A DNA stretch of 64,000 nucleotides from an uncultured Anaerolineae bacterium (GCA_964439625.1 CAYTPI010000001.1:80944-144943), one strand, 5' to 3'. Positions 19,672 through 29,305 are shown, numbered from the stretch's first letter. Translations and numbers: made by a program. The notes: generated by a model from the sequence alone, not told the origin.

Positions 19672-20692
19672 GTTTCTGAAGGTGCTGCTCCACCGTTTTC
19701 TTGCGCTTCCAGCGAATGTTCTTGTACATTCGCCGCAAATCCTTGCCCTTTAATTTCTGACCCGTCTCAAAGAAGACGACGCCTACCCGACCAAGAGCGG
19801 TGGTTCCGGTCAAGCCGACAATGCTGGCCACGACCCAGCCTGCCACGGGAATAAACTTAGCTAATTCTTGTGCTGCATACCGGATTGCCACACCGCCCGC
19901 GGTTGCCCCGAGCAGTTCCCGTGCGCGCTTAGCGTTCATATCTGCCCCGTAAATGATCGATAACCGCAGGAGCATCCGTACTTGTACACCGATCAAAAGG
20001 GGGATCGCTAGGCCCGGTATTGGTTCGAAACTGACGATGGCTGCGATAATCGAGGACTCGCGGATCACGCGGCGGGACGAATACTTCCGATAATTAGGCA
20101 GTGCTCGACCAATGGCAACTGCCATCTTAGAATTCGAGTCGATGATGGCGGGTAGCAGTTTCTTCCCAACATTGGTGCCCTTCTTGGCTGAGATTGGGAT
20201 CACAGGGATTTGCAGCTTGCGCTCAATATCTCGAACGACCCGCTCGCGCTCTTTGCCCAACAGATCAATTTTGTTGAGTACGACTATTACGGGTACGCCA
20301 TGCAGCTTGATACGCTGCAATAGTTCTTGGTCAGACTGGCGTACACCTGCCGACGCGTCTAATACCAAGACAACACTATCTGCTTGACTCAACGCTGACC
20401 GCGCAATAGCAGCATTATCACGACCGGCAACTTCTTCAAACCCTGGTGTATCGACCAAAAGGAAGGGGCCAAATTCTTCTGTAAGAAGGTCTGTTGTTGT
20501 GCCTGGGACGGGAGAAACATCAGATAGTTTCTCGCCTTTTAAGCGATTGAATAACGTTGATTTTCCAGAATTAACTGGCCCGACAATGGCAAGTTTAGCG
20601 CGTGCTTCTCCAGAGACAGTTGCTTCAATTTCCGAATAATCAAGTGATTGTAGTAAGTGCCGTGCATCTTTCAGACGACTTGGTAGGCTCAT
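19643..20692 (-). CDS. P-loop GTPase (Era/EngA-like G domain) with C-terminal DUF697-like hydrophobic domain
   Basis: G1 GPVNSGKST, G3 DTPGF, G4 NKID. The C-terminal part (IPGLAIPLLIGVQVRMLLRLSIIYG...FIPVAGWVVASIVGLTGTTALG) resembles DUF697. Start chosen at the ATG at 20692, preceded by GGGGAG; the track ORF extends to 20797. Confidence 0.8.
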   Translation of the reverse strand: MSLPSRLKDARHLLQSLDYSEIEATVSGEARAKLAIVGPVNSGKSTLFNRLKGEKLSDVSPVPGTTTDLLTEEFGPFLLVDTPGFEEVAGRDNAAIARSALSQADSVVLVLDASAGVRQSDQELLQRIKLHGVPVIVVLNKIDLLGKERERVVRDIERKLQIPVIPISAKKGTNVGKKLLPAIIDSNSKMAVAIGRALPNYRKYSSRRVIRESSIIAAIVSFEPIPGLAIPLLIGVQVRMLLRLSIIYGADMNAKRARELLGATAGGVAIRYAAQELAKFIPVAGWVVASIVGLTGTTALGRVGVVFFETGQKLKGKDLRRMYKNIRWKRKKTVEQHLQKHETQAEAEA

Positions 20693-20903
20693 TTTGCTCC
20701 CCGCAATCTTGCCTTGGTCAACTATAGCGTTATGGTTTGCCACGCGCCAGCCGCTGCTCTGCGTGCCACCAAAGACTTGTGGTAGATGAAACAGCAACGG
20801 GTAACATATAACGCAATTATCGTAAGCGTGTGCAGCCAGTTTGTCATTACAAGCTGACTTTCAAGCGTTCTCTCAGATTCTAATTATAAAGGATACCCCG
20901 AAA

Positions 20904-21329
20904 ATGGATACACATGAAGTCACCGTTGCCCTTCAGGAAGGCATGCATTTTACATCGGAACAAGATGATCAGCAGACAATAAACATAGATGCCAAAGCAG
21001 ACTTTGGTGGGATGGGCAAAGGCGCACGACCACAGAAGTTGATGTTGGTGAGCCTCGGCAGCTGTACTGGTATTGATGTTATTTCAATCCTGAACAAGAA
21101 ACGCCAAGATGTCACGGCTTTTGCGATTGACGTCAGTGGTGACCGCGCCGAAAACCACCCGAGAATCTATACGGAAATTCGGGTACACTACCGAGTGACA
21201 GGGTACAACATTGACCCAAAGGCTGTTGAGCGTGCCATTGAGCTCTCCATCAACAAATACTGCCCAGTGGCAAATTTGCTAGCGGCTGCTGTGCCCATCA
21301 TTACAAGCTACGAGATAACTAACGCTTAA
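20904..21329 (+). CDS. OsmC/Ohr family protein
   Basis: About 141 aa from the ATG at 20904 (AAGGA RBS). OsmC-like pattern with two Cys (LGSCTGIDV ... NKYCPVANLL). Confidence 0.75.
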   Translation: MDTHEVTVALQEGMHFTSEQDDQQTINIDAKADFGGMGKGARPQKLMLVSLGSCTGIDVISILNKKRQDVTAFAIDVSGDRAENHPRIYTEIRVHYRVTGYNIDPKAVERAIELSINKYCPVANLLAAAVPIITSYEITNA

Positions 21330-22420
21330 CGCGCCAGTTCAGTCGCTAAGGCAAAGCCAGCGTCTCCAGCGATAGAGTCGTCGACGTCATCAATTGAATT
21401 TCGCAGTACGATCACCGTAGCGTCGCTGTCGATCAAGTACCAGAACTCGCTCGAGAAGCCTGCCGTCGCGCCCGTGTGGCCCCAGGCTTCTCCCCATTGA
21501 TTATTAACTAATTCAACACCCAAGCCATACTCGGAGGCTTCACCCGGGCCGGCTGGTTCAAAGAGAGTTTCCAGTGACTCCTCACTGATGATCACCCCAG
21601 CCTCTAAGGCCCGCATGAAGCGGTCGAGGTCGGCTGCCGTTGAGATTAAACCGCCGTCCGCCATGCCGGTGCCGTCGTTATACCCAGTGACGTCCTGCCC
21701 ATACTCGTAACTGTCTACTAATGGGCCTGTCTGATAGTGCTCCAAGTAGCTGTCGTTCATGCCCGCTGGGCTAAGCACCCGCTCCTCGAAAAGGGCACCC
21801 AATGGCTGACCAGTGACTTGTTCAGCGACGAGCTGTGCCAAAATGTAATTAGTGTTGCTGTAACTCCAACCATCACCAGGGGCAAAGTTGGCTGGCTCCC
21901 CAACGGCAAAGTCCAGTACTTCAAGCGGACGCCAAAGATAAGTCGGGTTATCCTCATAGGCGTCCCAGAAAGACTCGTTTTCGAGATAGTCAAAGACGCC
22001 GCTGGTCATTTGTAGCATTTCACGGAGGGTAGCGTCATCTGCGTTTTCAATCCCCGCATAGACGTCAAGCGGGAGGTAATCTGCTGCGGGATCATCAAGG
22101 TTGAAGAATCCATCCTCTTCCAAGCTGAGCATTAATACACCCATGAATGTCTTGGTCATGCTGCCGATGCGGAATGAATCTGCGGACTGTATAGGAGTCT
22201 CTGCATCAATGTTGGCGAAGCCTGCGGTAGTGATCTCCTGTGGACCATCGCCAACGCGGACGGCTATCAAAACGGCGCTGTTGTCGGCCTCTTCGGAAAT
22301 AATTTGGGCGGCCTCCTCGATGGTGTATTCGCTGCTAGCGCCCTCAGCTAACGAGCCACAGGCTAAGGTACTGCCTATGATCATTAAGAGGGAAATCAAT
22401 AACTGTTTGTTTGGAAACAC
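21326..22420 (-). CDS. Serine hydrolase, beta-lactamase / DD-peptidase family (lipoprotein)
   Basis: Lipobox TLACGS. SxxK (GSMTKTF), YxN (YSNTNY) and a KTG-like HTG (GHTGATAGF). Confidence 0.85.
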   Translation of the reverse strand: MFPNKQLLISLLMIIGSTLACGSLAEGASSEYTIEEAAQIISEEADNSAVLIAVRVGDGPQEITTAGFANIDAETPIQSADSFRIGSMTKTFMGVLMLSLEEDGFFNLDDPAADYLPLDVYAGIENADDATLREMLQMTSGVFDYLENESFWDAYEDNPTYLWRPLEVLDFAVGEPANFAPGDGWSYSNTNYILAQLVAEQVTGQPLGALFEERVLSPAGMNDSYLEHYQTGPLVDSYEYGQDVTGYNDGTGMADGGLISTAADLDRFMRALEAGVIISEESLETLFEPAGPGEASEYGLGVELVNNQWGEAWGHTGATAGFSSEFWYLIDSDATVIVLRNSIDDVDDSIAGDAGFALATELAR

Positions 22421-22508
22421 AGAATAATACTCCTCAATGGAGATAGTTGACGTTATTTACTACCGTATGAATGGCAACATGTTACTGTACGCTCTTAGAG
22501 CCAAAAGG

Positions 22509-23258
22509 TTACGTTAGTGGTGCGTCAAGTATAATGTTAAAGTGCTCTCGGAGCAGTTCGTCGCGTTCACTACTCGTGATGCTGCGTTCTGTTTTTTGAC
22601 CAGCTATTGTCTCAATGAGCTTATCGTTACTGATCGTGATGCGACCTGTGCGGGCTGCCAGGGAACAAACAAGTTTCTGTGTAAATATCGACTCACGTGA
22701 GGTCTGATGATACTGGCAGCCGGCGGCAAAGTCAGCGACTTGCCGCGATGTGAAGTCAAAAAAGAAGGCGCGTTTCCAACTCGTGCCATCTTGCTCGAAG
22801 TAGCGGCCCTGCTGCCCGTCCTGCTCGACCTGGTAGACCTTGTGGCCCTGCCTTTGCGGGGTAGGGTCGTCCACAAGGAGCGGTTCAATGAAACTGTCGC
22901 CAAAGCCAACGTCAGCCAGCCAGCGTTCCTCTAGCTGAACAAGCAGCGTCATGTGGTCGTAGCGAATGCTGTCTTCTGCTGGGAGCGCTTCGAGTACATC
23001 CACCTGAAATCCTAACTGGCGCAGCACGGCTGCGAACAAACTGTTCTGCTCGTAGCAAAACCCGCCGCGCTTAGCATTGACGATTTTCTCATATATGTCG
23101 TCAAGTGCAATTGAAATGGGTCGTCCGAGATGAATGTCGAGGTTTTCAAAGGGCACGCTGAACATGTGTGCTCGGTGCAAAGCGCGCAGCGTCTCTATTG
23201 TTGGCTCAGCAGGGCCGTCATAGTTGATGCGCTTAAAGTATTCGTCAAGGTTAATCAT
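22509..23258 (-). CDS. Arylamine N-acetyltransferase (NAT) family
   Basis: FENLDIHLGRPISI, catalytic Cys context GGFCYEQN, His (YDHMTLLV) and Asp (WLADVGFGD). The ATG at 23258 overlaps the upstream stop as ATGA. Confidence 0.85.
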   Translation of the reverse strand: MINLDEYFKRINYDGPAEPTIETLRALHRAHMFSVPFENLDIHLGRPISIALDDIYEKIVNAKRGGFCYEQNSLFAAVLRQLGFQVDVLEALPAEDSIRYDHMTLLVQLEERWLADVGFGDSFIEPLLVDDPTPQRQGHKVYQVEQDGQQGRYFEQDGTSWKRAFFFDFTSRQVADFAAGCQYHQTSRESIFTQKLVCSLAARTGRITISNDKLIETIAGQKTERSITSSERDELLREHFNIILDAPLT

Positions 23259-25372
23259 GAAACTTTTGCCTCCTTGAGGGCTGCCGCCATCGTATTGCAC
23301 GCGCTGTGATTGGTTTCTCGGGATAGTGCTGTTTCTATCATTACTCTCCAGCCAGCGATGTTGCGCTGATGGAGTGTTTCGACTGCAACCTTGCGGAGTT
23401 CCGCATGGGGTGCCGTCAGATATTGGGTGAACAAGTCGTTATCTTGCGGCTCCTTATACAGGGCAATAGCGTGGAGAGCCGCCACGCGCACCTCCCAATG
23501 GAAGTCTGTTAACGCGTCAAATAGCAGTGGGCGGCTGCTCTCCGCGCGGATTTTGCCGAGGGCTAAAACAACTTCTGCTCGTACAAACGAACTGCTATCG
23601 TGTGCAGCGGCCTCAAGCTGAGGCACGGCTCGCTCTTCTTTGAGTTCGCCCAGCGTCGCTGCTATTTCTCTTCGTACCCATTGATCATCGAACATGTCCA
23701 ACTGCTGCATCAACTGTTCGGCGGAGTCTGGGTGCCGAAGTTGGGCCAAGGCGAGTGTCAATGTTTGCGTATAGTCATAGCGCATCTCCTGATCAAACAA
23801 AGATAGGAAGTACTGACAGCAACCCTCTGCACTGATGTCTGCTAAAGTTTCAATGATGCGATCAATCAGAACCCGCTGTTCTTCTGATTCTATGGTCGCT
23901 GTCATGATCACCGATTGCAGCATATTTTCTAAAAGCGGGCCTGCCCGTTTTACTTGGAGGGTACCTAGTGCCTCTAGCGCGCATTCACGTAGGTATAAAC
24001 CGGCGCTTTCGTTCAAGGTAAGGTCAACGAGGTATTGTACAAAAGCCTCCCTTTGCTGTTCGGTCGTATCGTTCTGAGGTTGCGATTGCTCCAAGAGCAG
24101 CCGGGCCGTTGCTGTGATTGCACTGGCCTTTGCCGCTTGGCGTTCTGGTAGATCGTCCATTGCAATCTCAATGAGTGTGCTTAGGTCGTCGTCATCGCTG
24201 TGCTTGCCTAGCGCTTGAATTGCGGCATGTAACAGCAGGCGCGAGTCGTTATCCGCTGCTGTTGCGTAGCTGCTGTTGAGGATAGCTCGAATCTTTTGCT
24301 GTGTGCGCGCATCAATGCGCGACAGCGCGCTAACTGCCCCTACTGCCGCTTGCCTGACTACCAACGACGGATCGTCAAGATAAGGTTGGAGATGGTCAAG
24401 GGTGTGTGTGCTTTGCCATTGATCCGTCAAGAAGCGAATGCTGTCTTTCAGAAAATGGGGGATGAACCAATCGTCCTCGCCCATCAGCAGGTCGATCAGT
24501 GGAATGATTGCTTCTTCACTGCCGATCTGCTTTAGTGTTTCGATTACAATCTCGCGGACGTAGTTATCCCAAACATCAAACATTCCCAGTAGGGTTTGCT
24601 CAACCTGGTATAGATGCTCCTTTGGGGTGATGTGCCGTAGCGCTTCTGCCGAGATACGCAGTTCATAAGTCTCGACGTAATCACCAGCGGTAAACGTCAT
24701 CAGATGATCAAACAGACCAGGCCAACCCAAACGCCATAGTGACTGCATTGACCTAGCGCGCACATTCTGGCGCTGCGAATGTAAGCCTTCGGTGACGAGC
24801 GCTTCAAGCGCCTCTATGGACTTTGCCTTGTACAAGGCATCGGCGGCTTCCGCCTGTGGCAGATCATCGTCCAGCAATGTATTGATTAGGGCCTGCTCAG
24901 CGGTGCGTGTGTTCAGTAGGGCTAGCGCATCGATGATGTACGTCGCTTGACGAGGCTGCCCACGAGCGAGGACAAGCTGCTCTGCCAGCAGATGACTGGC
25001 AGCCCCAGCATTAATTGTCCGCAAGGCCATAGCAGCTGCACTCCGTAAGTCGCGCTGAAAGTCTTCAACGATGGTTTGCATCAAAGCTGCCAATGCTGCC
25101 TCGGCATGGAGCTTGCCCAGCATATTTGCGGCGCGCAGACGGATGTGGTCGGGTTGGTTGACATCACCCAATAAGGCGATCAACTGGTGCGTGGCCCGTT
25201 CGTCACCCAGCTCAGCTAGGGTAAAGCTGGCCCGCACTCGGATAGCTTCTTTAGGATGGGTGAGTTGTTCAACAAGGTGCCGCACTGCCGCATTACCTCC
25301 CAATTGAACGGACTCTTCTCCCTGTTGATGATGGATGCTTGGTTCGTCCCTGCTGATCTGTTCTGCTGTCAA
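23255..25372 (-). CDS. HEAT-repeat (PBS-lyase HEAT-like) protein
   Basis: 705 aa of repeated ~30-aa units such as VR..AA.ALG.LGD..A...L...L.D. TTG start. Confidence 0.75.
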   Translation of the reverse strand: MTAEQISRDEPSIHHQQGEESVQLGGNAAVRHLVEQLTHPKEAIRVRASFTLAELGDERATHQLIALLGDVNQPDHIRLRAANMLGKLHAEAALAALMQTIVEDFQRDLRSAAAMALRTINAGAASHLLAEQLVLARGQPRQATYIIDALALLNTRTAEQALINTLLDDDLPQAEAADALYKAKSIEALEALVTEGLHSQRQNVRARSMQSLWRLGWPGLFDHLMTFTAGDYVETYELRISAEALRHITPKEHLYQVEQTLLGMFDVWDNYVREIVIETLKQIGSEEAIIPLIDLLMGEDDWFIPHFLKDSIRFLTDQWQSTHTLDHLQPYLDDPSLVVRQAAVGAVSALSRIDARTQQKIRAILNSSYATAADNDSRLLLHAAIQALGKHSDDDDLSTLIEIAMDDLPERQAAKASAITATARLLLEQSQPQNDTTEQQREAFVQYLVDLTLNESAGLYLRECALEALGTLQVKRAGPLLENMLQSVIMTATIESEEQRVLIDRIIETLADISAEGCCQYFLSLFDQEMRYDYTQTLTLALAQLRHPDSAEQLMQQLDMFDDQWVRREIAATLGELKEERAVPQLEAAAHDSSSFVRAEVVLALGKIRAESSRPLLFDALTDFHWEVRVAALHAIALYKEPQDNDLFTQYLTAPHAELRKVAVETLHQRNIAGWRVMIETALSRETNHSACNTMAAALKEAKVS

Positions 25373-25482
25373 ACCGTGCCCTCAAAATGAATGTTTAAAG
25401 TGATGGAACCAATTGGAACTGACAGTCGTCTTTAGAGTAACAGAAATTGAAAAGATACCCTATAGACATGATGAGGTGAAAC

Positions 25483-27012
25483 ATGACCATGACCAACCGG
25501 AAACTATTCTTTCTTTTAGCGACATTGTTACTGCTGCTGGCGCTATCAGCCTGTAGAAGCCGTGATGAACTCACTGCTACCGAGCCGATACCACAGTCAA
25601 ATGGCGAAGTGGCAGTTGAGGAAATGGAATTTGAGGAAACCGTCGAAGAAAAAGCATTAACTGAAGAGGAATTTGAGGCTGACCCAGAGAGTGACAGTCC
25701 TGCGCCATCGACAGCGGATGAGGCTTACACCTATGAGGAGAGCAATGATTTCGCAGATGATGCGGGTGCCGCTGTGCCACCAACGCCTGAGGCTGAGCGT
25801 TCGACCGAGGGCGATTTTGCATTTGAAGAAGCAGACTCTGCTGAGCTGGAAAGCTTGCCAGATGAGTTTTATGAAACGCCGTCCGTAGAGGGTTTTGGCG
25901 GTGGTGCCGCCGAGTCTGACTTTGCGGATGTACCTGATGTTGAGTTCGTCCAACCGTTGCAAGCGGGTGAGATCAATGACAATGAGTTGTTCGGGGAATA
26001 CTTGCGCTACCGTCGTGAATTTGAACAAAGCGGTTGGGAGCAGTACACACTAGAGGTAGACGTTAGCGAACGCCATGTAATTAACGTTGAGACCCCCGGT
26101 GGACTTCCGGTGCTAGGGGCTGAGGTCTTGGTGGCTAACGGTCAAGAATTCATTACCTCATTCATAACACCTGCGACGGGCACGGTCTACTTCCACCCAC
26201 ATGCCTTCCCTGGCGGACGGGTGGAACAATCCTATGATGTGATTATTTCTAAGGGCCAGGCCGAAACAGTGTTTCGTTTGCAGTCTGGTCAGTCAGACGA
26301 ATACTTCATTGAACTGGATACTCGTCCAGCCCAGCAGCAAGTTCAATTGGATGTCTTGTTCTTGCTCGACGCAACTGGCAGCATGGGCGACGAGATCGAT
26401 CAGTTGAAGGACAACATCCTGAGTGTCTCGGCACAGATCGAAGCGCTGCCCGCTGACCCAGATGTGCGCTTCGGCATGGTGGCTTACCGTGACCGTGGTG
26501 ATGAATACGTCACCCGTAACTATGGCTTCACAGGCAATGTAGAGGCCTTCCAATCAGCGTTGCGTAACGTTGAAGCCTCCGGTGGCGGCGACACGCCTGA
26601 AGCCCTTAACGAGGGTCTCCATGAGGCGATCAGTGATGTGGCTTGGCGCAGGGGTGAAACGATCAAGTTGATCTTCCTTGTTTCTGATGCTCCACCACAT
26701 CTGGACTATGCTCAAGATTATTCCTACGCGCAAGAGATGCAGTTTGCCGCCGAGCAGGGGATCAAGATTCATGCGATTGCCTCTAGCGGCTTGGAGGGTG
26801 AAGGCCCACACGGCGAATATATATACCGTCAGTTGGCGCAGTACACAGGCGGCAACTTTATCTTCCTGACATACGATAGTACGCCGCGCAGCACAGATCA
26901 GGAGCCGGGGCGCGACGTCAGCGTGCCGGAACAAAACTACAGCGTCGAAGACCTTGACGACTTGGTTGTCCGCCTGATCGTCGAAGAGTTGGAAGCGCTT
27001 GCTATTCAATAG
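25483..27012 (+). CDS. Lipoprotein with acidic low-complexity linker, Ig/CarboxypepD_reg-like module and vWA domain
   Basis: Lipobox LALSAC. About 130 aa rich in E/D. vWA MIDAS DVLFLLDATGSMGDE ... GGGDTPEA ... FLVSDAPPH. Confidence 0.8.
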   Translation: MTMTNRKLFFLLATLLLLLALSACRSRDELTATEPIPQSNGEVAVEEMEFEETVEEKALTEEEFEADPESDSPAPSTADEAYTYEESNDFADDAGAAVPPTPEAERSTEGDFAFEEADSAELESLPDEFYETPSVEGFGGGAAESDFADVPDVEFVQPLQAGEINDNELFGEYLRYRREFEQSGWEQYTLEVDVSERHVINVETPGGLPVLGAEVLVANGQEFITSFITPATGTVYFHPHAFPGGRVEQSYDVIISKGQAETVFRLQSGQSDEYFIELDTRPAQQQVQLDVLFLLDATGSMGDEIDQLKDNILSVSAQIEALPADPDVRFGMVAYRDRGDEYVTRNYGFTGNVEAFQSALRNVEASGGGDTPEALNEGLHEAISDVAWRRGETIKLIFLVSDAPPHLDYAQDYSYAQEMQFAAEQGIKIHAIASSGLEGEGPHGEYIYRQLAQYTGGNFIFLTYDSTPRSTDQEPGRDVSVPEQNYSVEDLDDLVVRLIVEELEALAIQ

Positions 27013-27037
27013 TTTGACAGGAAGCATTGCAAATAAA

Positions 27038-27061
27038 ACGAGCCAGCAACTGCTGGCTCGT
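27038..27061. terminator. Stem-loop between convergent genes
   Basis: acgagccagc-aac-tgctggctcgt forms a 10-11 bp stem, preceded by an A-rich tract and followed by gcctggtttctg. Confidence 0.6.
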
Positions 27062-27080
27062 GCCTGGTTTCTGTGTGAAG

Positions 27081-27344
27081 TTAGGCGCTTCTACGTGAAC
27101 GCTTGCGGTTTACGTGGCCGCTGCGACGCCCTCTAGCGTGATCGTAGCGTGTGGCGATTGCTTCTGCCCAAAAGTGGCTTAGGCCAAATTCTTCCGCTAG
27201 GTAGAAGACCACATCATAATGTAAGTGGCCCGGTTCAATCCAGCGATCAATGGTGGCATACCACCGTTCCCAACTTCTTCCTGTTTTTTTGGTTACATCG
27301 GCGTCACTAACTGCCGAATAGCCAGGCACAACGGCCTGTTGCAT
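27081..27344 (-). CDS. Small conserved hypothetical protein with basic C-terminal tail
   Basis: The ATG at 27344 sits 5 nt after AAGGAG. The motif KKTGRSWERWYATIDRW...FWAEAIATRYDHARGRR recalls a widespread small family I cannot name with confidence. Confidence 0.55.
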   Translation of the reverse strand: MQQAVVPGYSAVSDADVTKKTGRSWERWYATIDRWIEPGHLHYDVVFYLAEEFGLSHFWAEAIATRYDHARGRRSGHVNRKRSRRSA

Positions 27345-27506
27345 AGATTCTCCTTTAAGGTCACAGCTAACTAATTTTGCGTATTGGAGCAGAAGTTTAG
27401 CAGGTTTCATGCGGAAATCAAGCTCTGTTTAAAAGATGTATGTAAGATCAGCACATATTTTAGAACGCATGTTCTGAAGTTGTAACCCATAGACCGCAGA
27501 GGTCCC

Positions 27507-28358
27507 TTAAATTTCCGATAACAGAATAAGACGATTACCAGAAGGGTCAGTTAAAGCAATGGCACCATTTTCCTCGTAAGTGATTTCCTCATGCTGTACA
27601 ACTCGCTCCGCTATCGTACTGATTGTGTCGTCATCAAGAATGACTTCAACTGACTCAAGGCCGAGGCTGTTGGGGTTAGCTGGTGGTGTGCCGAGAGAAT
27701 GCCATGTATTCAGGCCAAAATGATGATGGTAACCGCCAACGGAAACAAACAATGCGCTATCACCGAAAGCTGTCATCACGTTAAGGCCTAACTGATTGAT
27801 GTAATACTCATGGGTGGCATTCAGGTTAGATACCTGTAGGTGCGCGTGCCCCATATCGGTTTGGGCTGGCAGCCCCTGCCACAAATTGGCATGCACGCCT
27901 GCCAGGATGTCACCCAAATCCAACGGATCGACTGCCATACGTAAGCCGCCGTCCGGCTGCATAGGCCAGACGGCGGTTGGCTTATCCCAATAGATTTCAA
28001 TGCCATTACCTTCTGAGTCACTAAGGTAAAGCGCTTCACTGACGAGATGATCACTTGCGCCTTGGAAATTTGGGTTGCCCGCATTGATGTAGTGCTGGAG
28101 CCATGCGCCTAGGTCTTGCCGAGTGGGAACGCGCAACGCAAGGTGATATAAGCCCGGTGCCCGATTGGCACGCCGTCCATCTGGTGTGTGGCGCAGCTTG
28201 ACCAATGCCCGTTGATCTGTGCCTAAACTGACTCGATCCCCTTCGCTAGACAGAACGTGTAACCCAATAATTTCTTCATAAAATGCCGAAACACGCTTAA
28301 TGTCTTTTACGCGCAGTGTAATTGCACCAATAATGGATGGATGTTCAAGCTGGTTCAA
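27507..28358 (-). CDS. VOC-superfamily protein (two glyoxalase/extradiol-dioxygenase-like modules)
   Basis: 283 aa with two beta-alpha-beta-beta-beta modules (ITLRVKDIKRVSAFYEEIIGLHVL; HAHLQVSNLNATHEYYINQLGLNV). Conserved His/Glu positions are plausible. Confidence 0.75.
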   Translation of the reverse strand: MNQLEHPSIIGAITLRVKDIKRVSAFYEEIIGLHVLSSEGDRVSLGTDQRALVKLRHTPDGRRANRAPGLYHLALRVPTRQDLGAWLQHYINAGNPNFQGASDHLVSEALYLSDSEGNGIEIYWDKPTAVWPMQPDGGLRMAVDPLDLGDILAGVHANLWQGLPAQTDMGHAHLQVSNLNATHEYYINQLGLNVMTAFGDSALFVSVGGYHHHFGLNTWHSLGTPPANPNSLGLESVEVILDDDTISTIAERVVQHEEITYEENGAIALTDPSGNRLILLSEI

Positions 28359-28472
28359 TTTACTTCCCTTAGAGAATCAATACCGACCACACTAAATACG
28401 TTGTGTGGCCTGGGTACGTCAATAGCTTCGAAGTCGTTTTGAATGAAATTATTTTAAGAATTTGAAACTGAG

Positions 28473-28559
28473 CGGGGAGGACAGGATTCGAACCTGCGGT
28501 ACCCTTGCGGGCACAACTGCTTAGCAGGCAGCCCCAATCGTCCACTCTGGCACCTCCCC
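28473..28559 (-). tRNA. tRNA-Ser (anticodon GCT), class II, CCA not encoded
   Basis: Reverse complement GGGGAGGTGCCAGAGTGGACGATTGGGGCTGCCTGCTAAGCAGTTGTGCCCGCAAGGGTACCGCAGGTTCGAATCCTGTCCTCCCCG. Anticodon loop is CTGCTAA. It has a long variable arm and the T-loop GGTTCGAATCC. Confidence 0.9.
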
Positions 28560-28581
28560 AGTTAAAAACAGTATGCGGTTG

Positions 28582-28672
<91 letters not shown>

Positions 28673-28703
28673 GGTTGCCAATTTGTATTTGACACGGACA
28701 AGT

Positions 28704-28732
28704 ATTTTATCATGTTGGGTTTTCCCAGGCAA
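28704..28732 (-). promoter_or_regulatory. Candidate sigma-70 promoter for the tRNA-Ser pair
   Basis: On the minus strand: TTGCCT, a 17-nt spacer, then TGaTAAAAT (extended -10). The -10 ends about 30 nt upstream of the tRNA 5' end at 28672. Confidence 0.45.
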
Positions 28733-28805
28733 GAGTGCGCAGTTCGAGTTCTGGAGTTCGGAGTGTCTTTAGCGTCAGGTGCGTCGCTGATAATTTGGGT
28801 TACAG

Positions 28806-28837
28806 CAAAACAAAAAAAGCCGGGCAACCACCCGGCC
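28806..28837 (-). terminator. Rho-independent terminator after the receiver gene 28845-29249
   Basis: On the minus strand: GCCGGG-TGGTTG-CCCGGC followed by TTTTTTTGTTTTG. Confidence 0.75.
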
Positions 28838-28844
28838 TATTCTG

Positions 28845-29249
28845 TTACTGCCACTCCCAGATGGGCTCCCCATTGAGGATTTTTTCAATCTGCTCCGGGA
28901 AGCGGTCGGGGTCAAGCGGCTTACCGATGAAGCCATCAAAGCCACCATTAATTGCTTTCTGCATATACTGCTCGCTAGCATTTGCCGTTACCGCAACAAT
29001 CTTGGTGCCTTTGTAGGCTTCATTATCCCGCAGACTTTTGTGAACCTCAAAGCCATTTTCATAAGGCAGTTGAATGTCGAGCAGAATTAAATCGATGGGA
29101 GTGAACTGGTCAGCCTCTTGGGCTGCTTTGTAGCCACTGCTGATCCACTCACAATATTCGATGCCAAGTGATGTTAATAGACGCAAAATAAGATTGAAGT
29201 TATTGACGTTATCCTCAACCACGAGCACCCGTGCATCTTTTGGATTCAT
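28845..29249 (-). CDS. Stand-alone response-regulator receiver (CheY-like)
   Basis: VLVVEDNVNN, DLILLDIQLP, VAVTANA, GKPLD. No output domain. Confidence 0.9.
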   Translation of the reverse strand: MNPKDARVLVVEDNVNNFNLILRLLTSLGIEYCEWISSGYKAAQEADQFTPIDLILLDIQLPYENGFEVHKSLRDNEAYKGTKIVAVTANASEQYMQKAINGGFDGFIGKPLDPDRFPEQIEKILNGEPIWEWQ

Positions 29250-29305
29250 ATGATTCTATCCTTTGTTGGTTGCTGTTTTCAAAAGTGTCAGAGCTACGTC
29301 GTTGG

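Noticed and set aside
20693-20797. An N-terminal 35-aa extension of the GTPase ORF (track start 20797), and similar upstream extensions at 20841, 23300, 27410, 45419, 47251 and 62622.
   Set aside because: In each case an internal ATG or GTG is preceded by a good Shine-Dalgarno sequence, and the extension has no conserved-looking sequence. The shorter starts were preferred, at moderate confidence.
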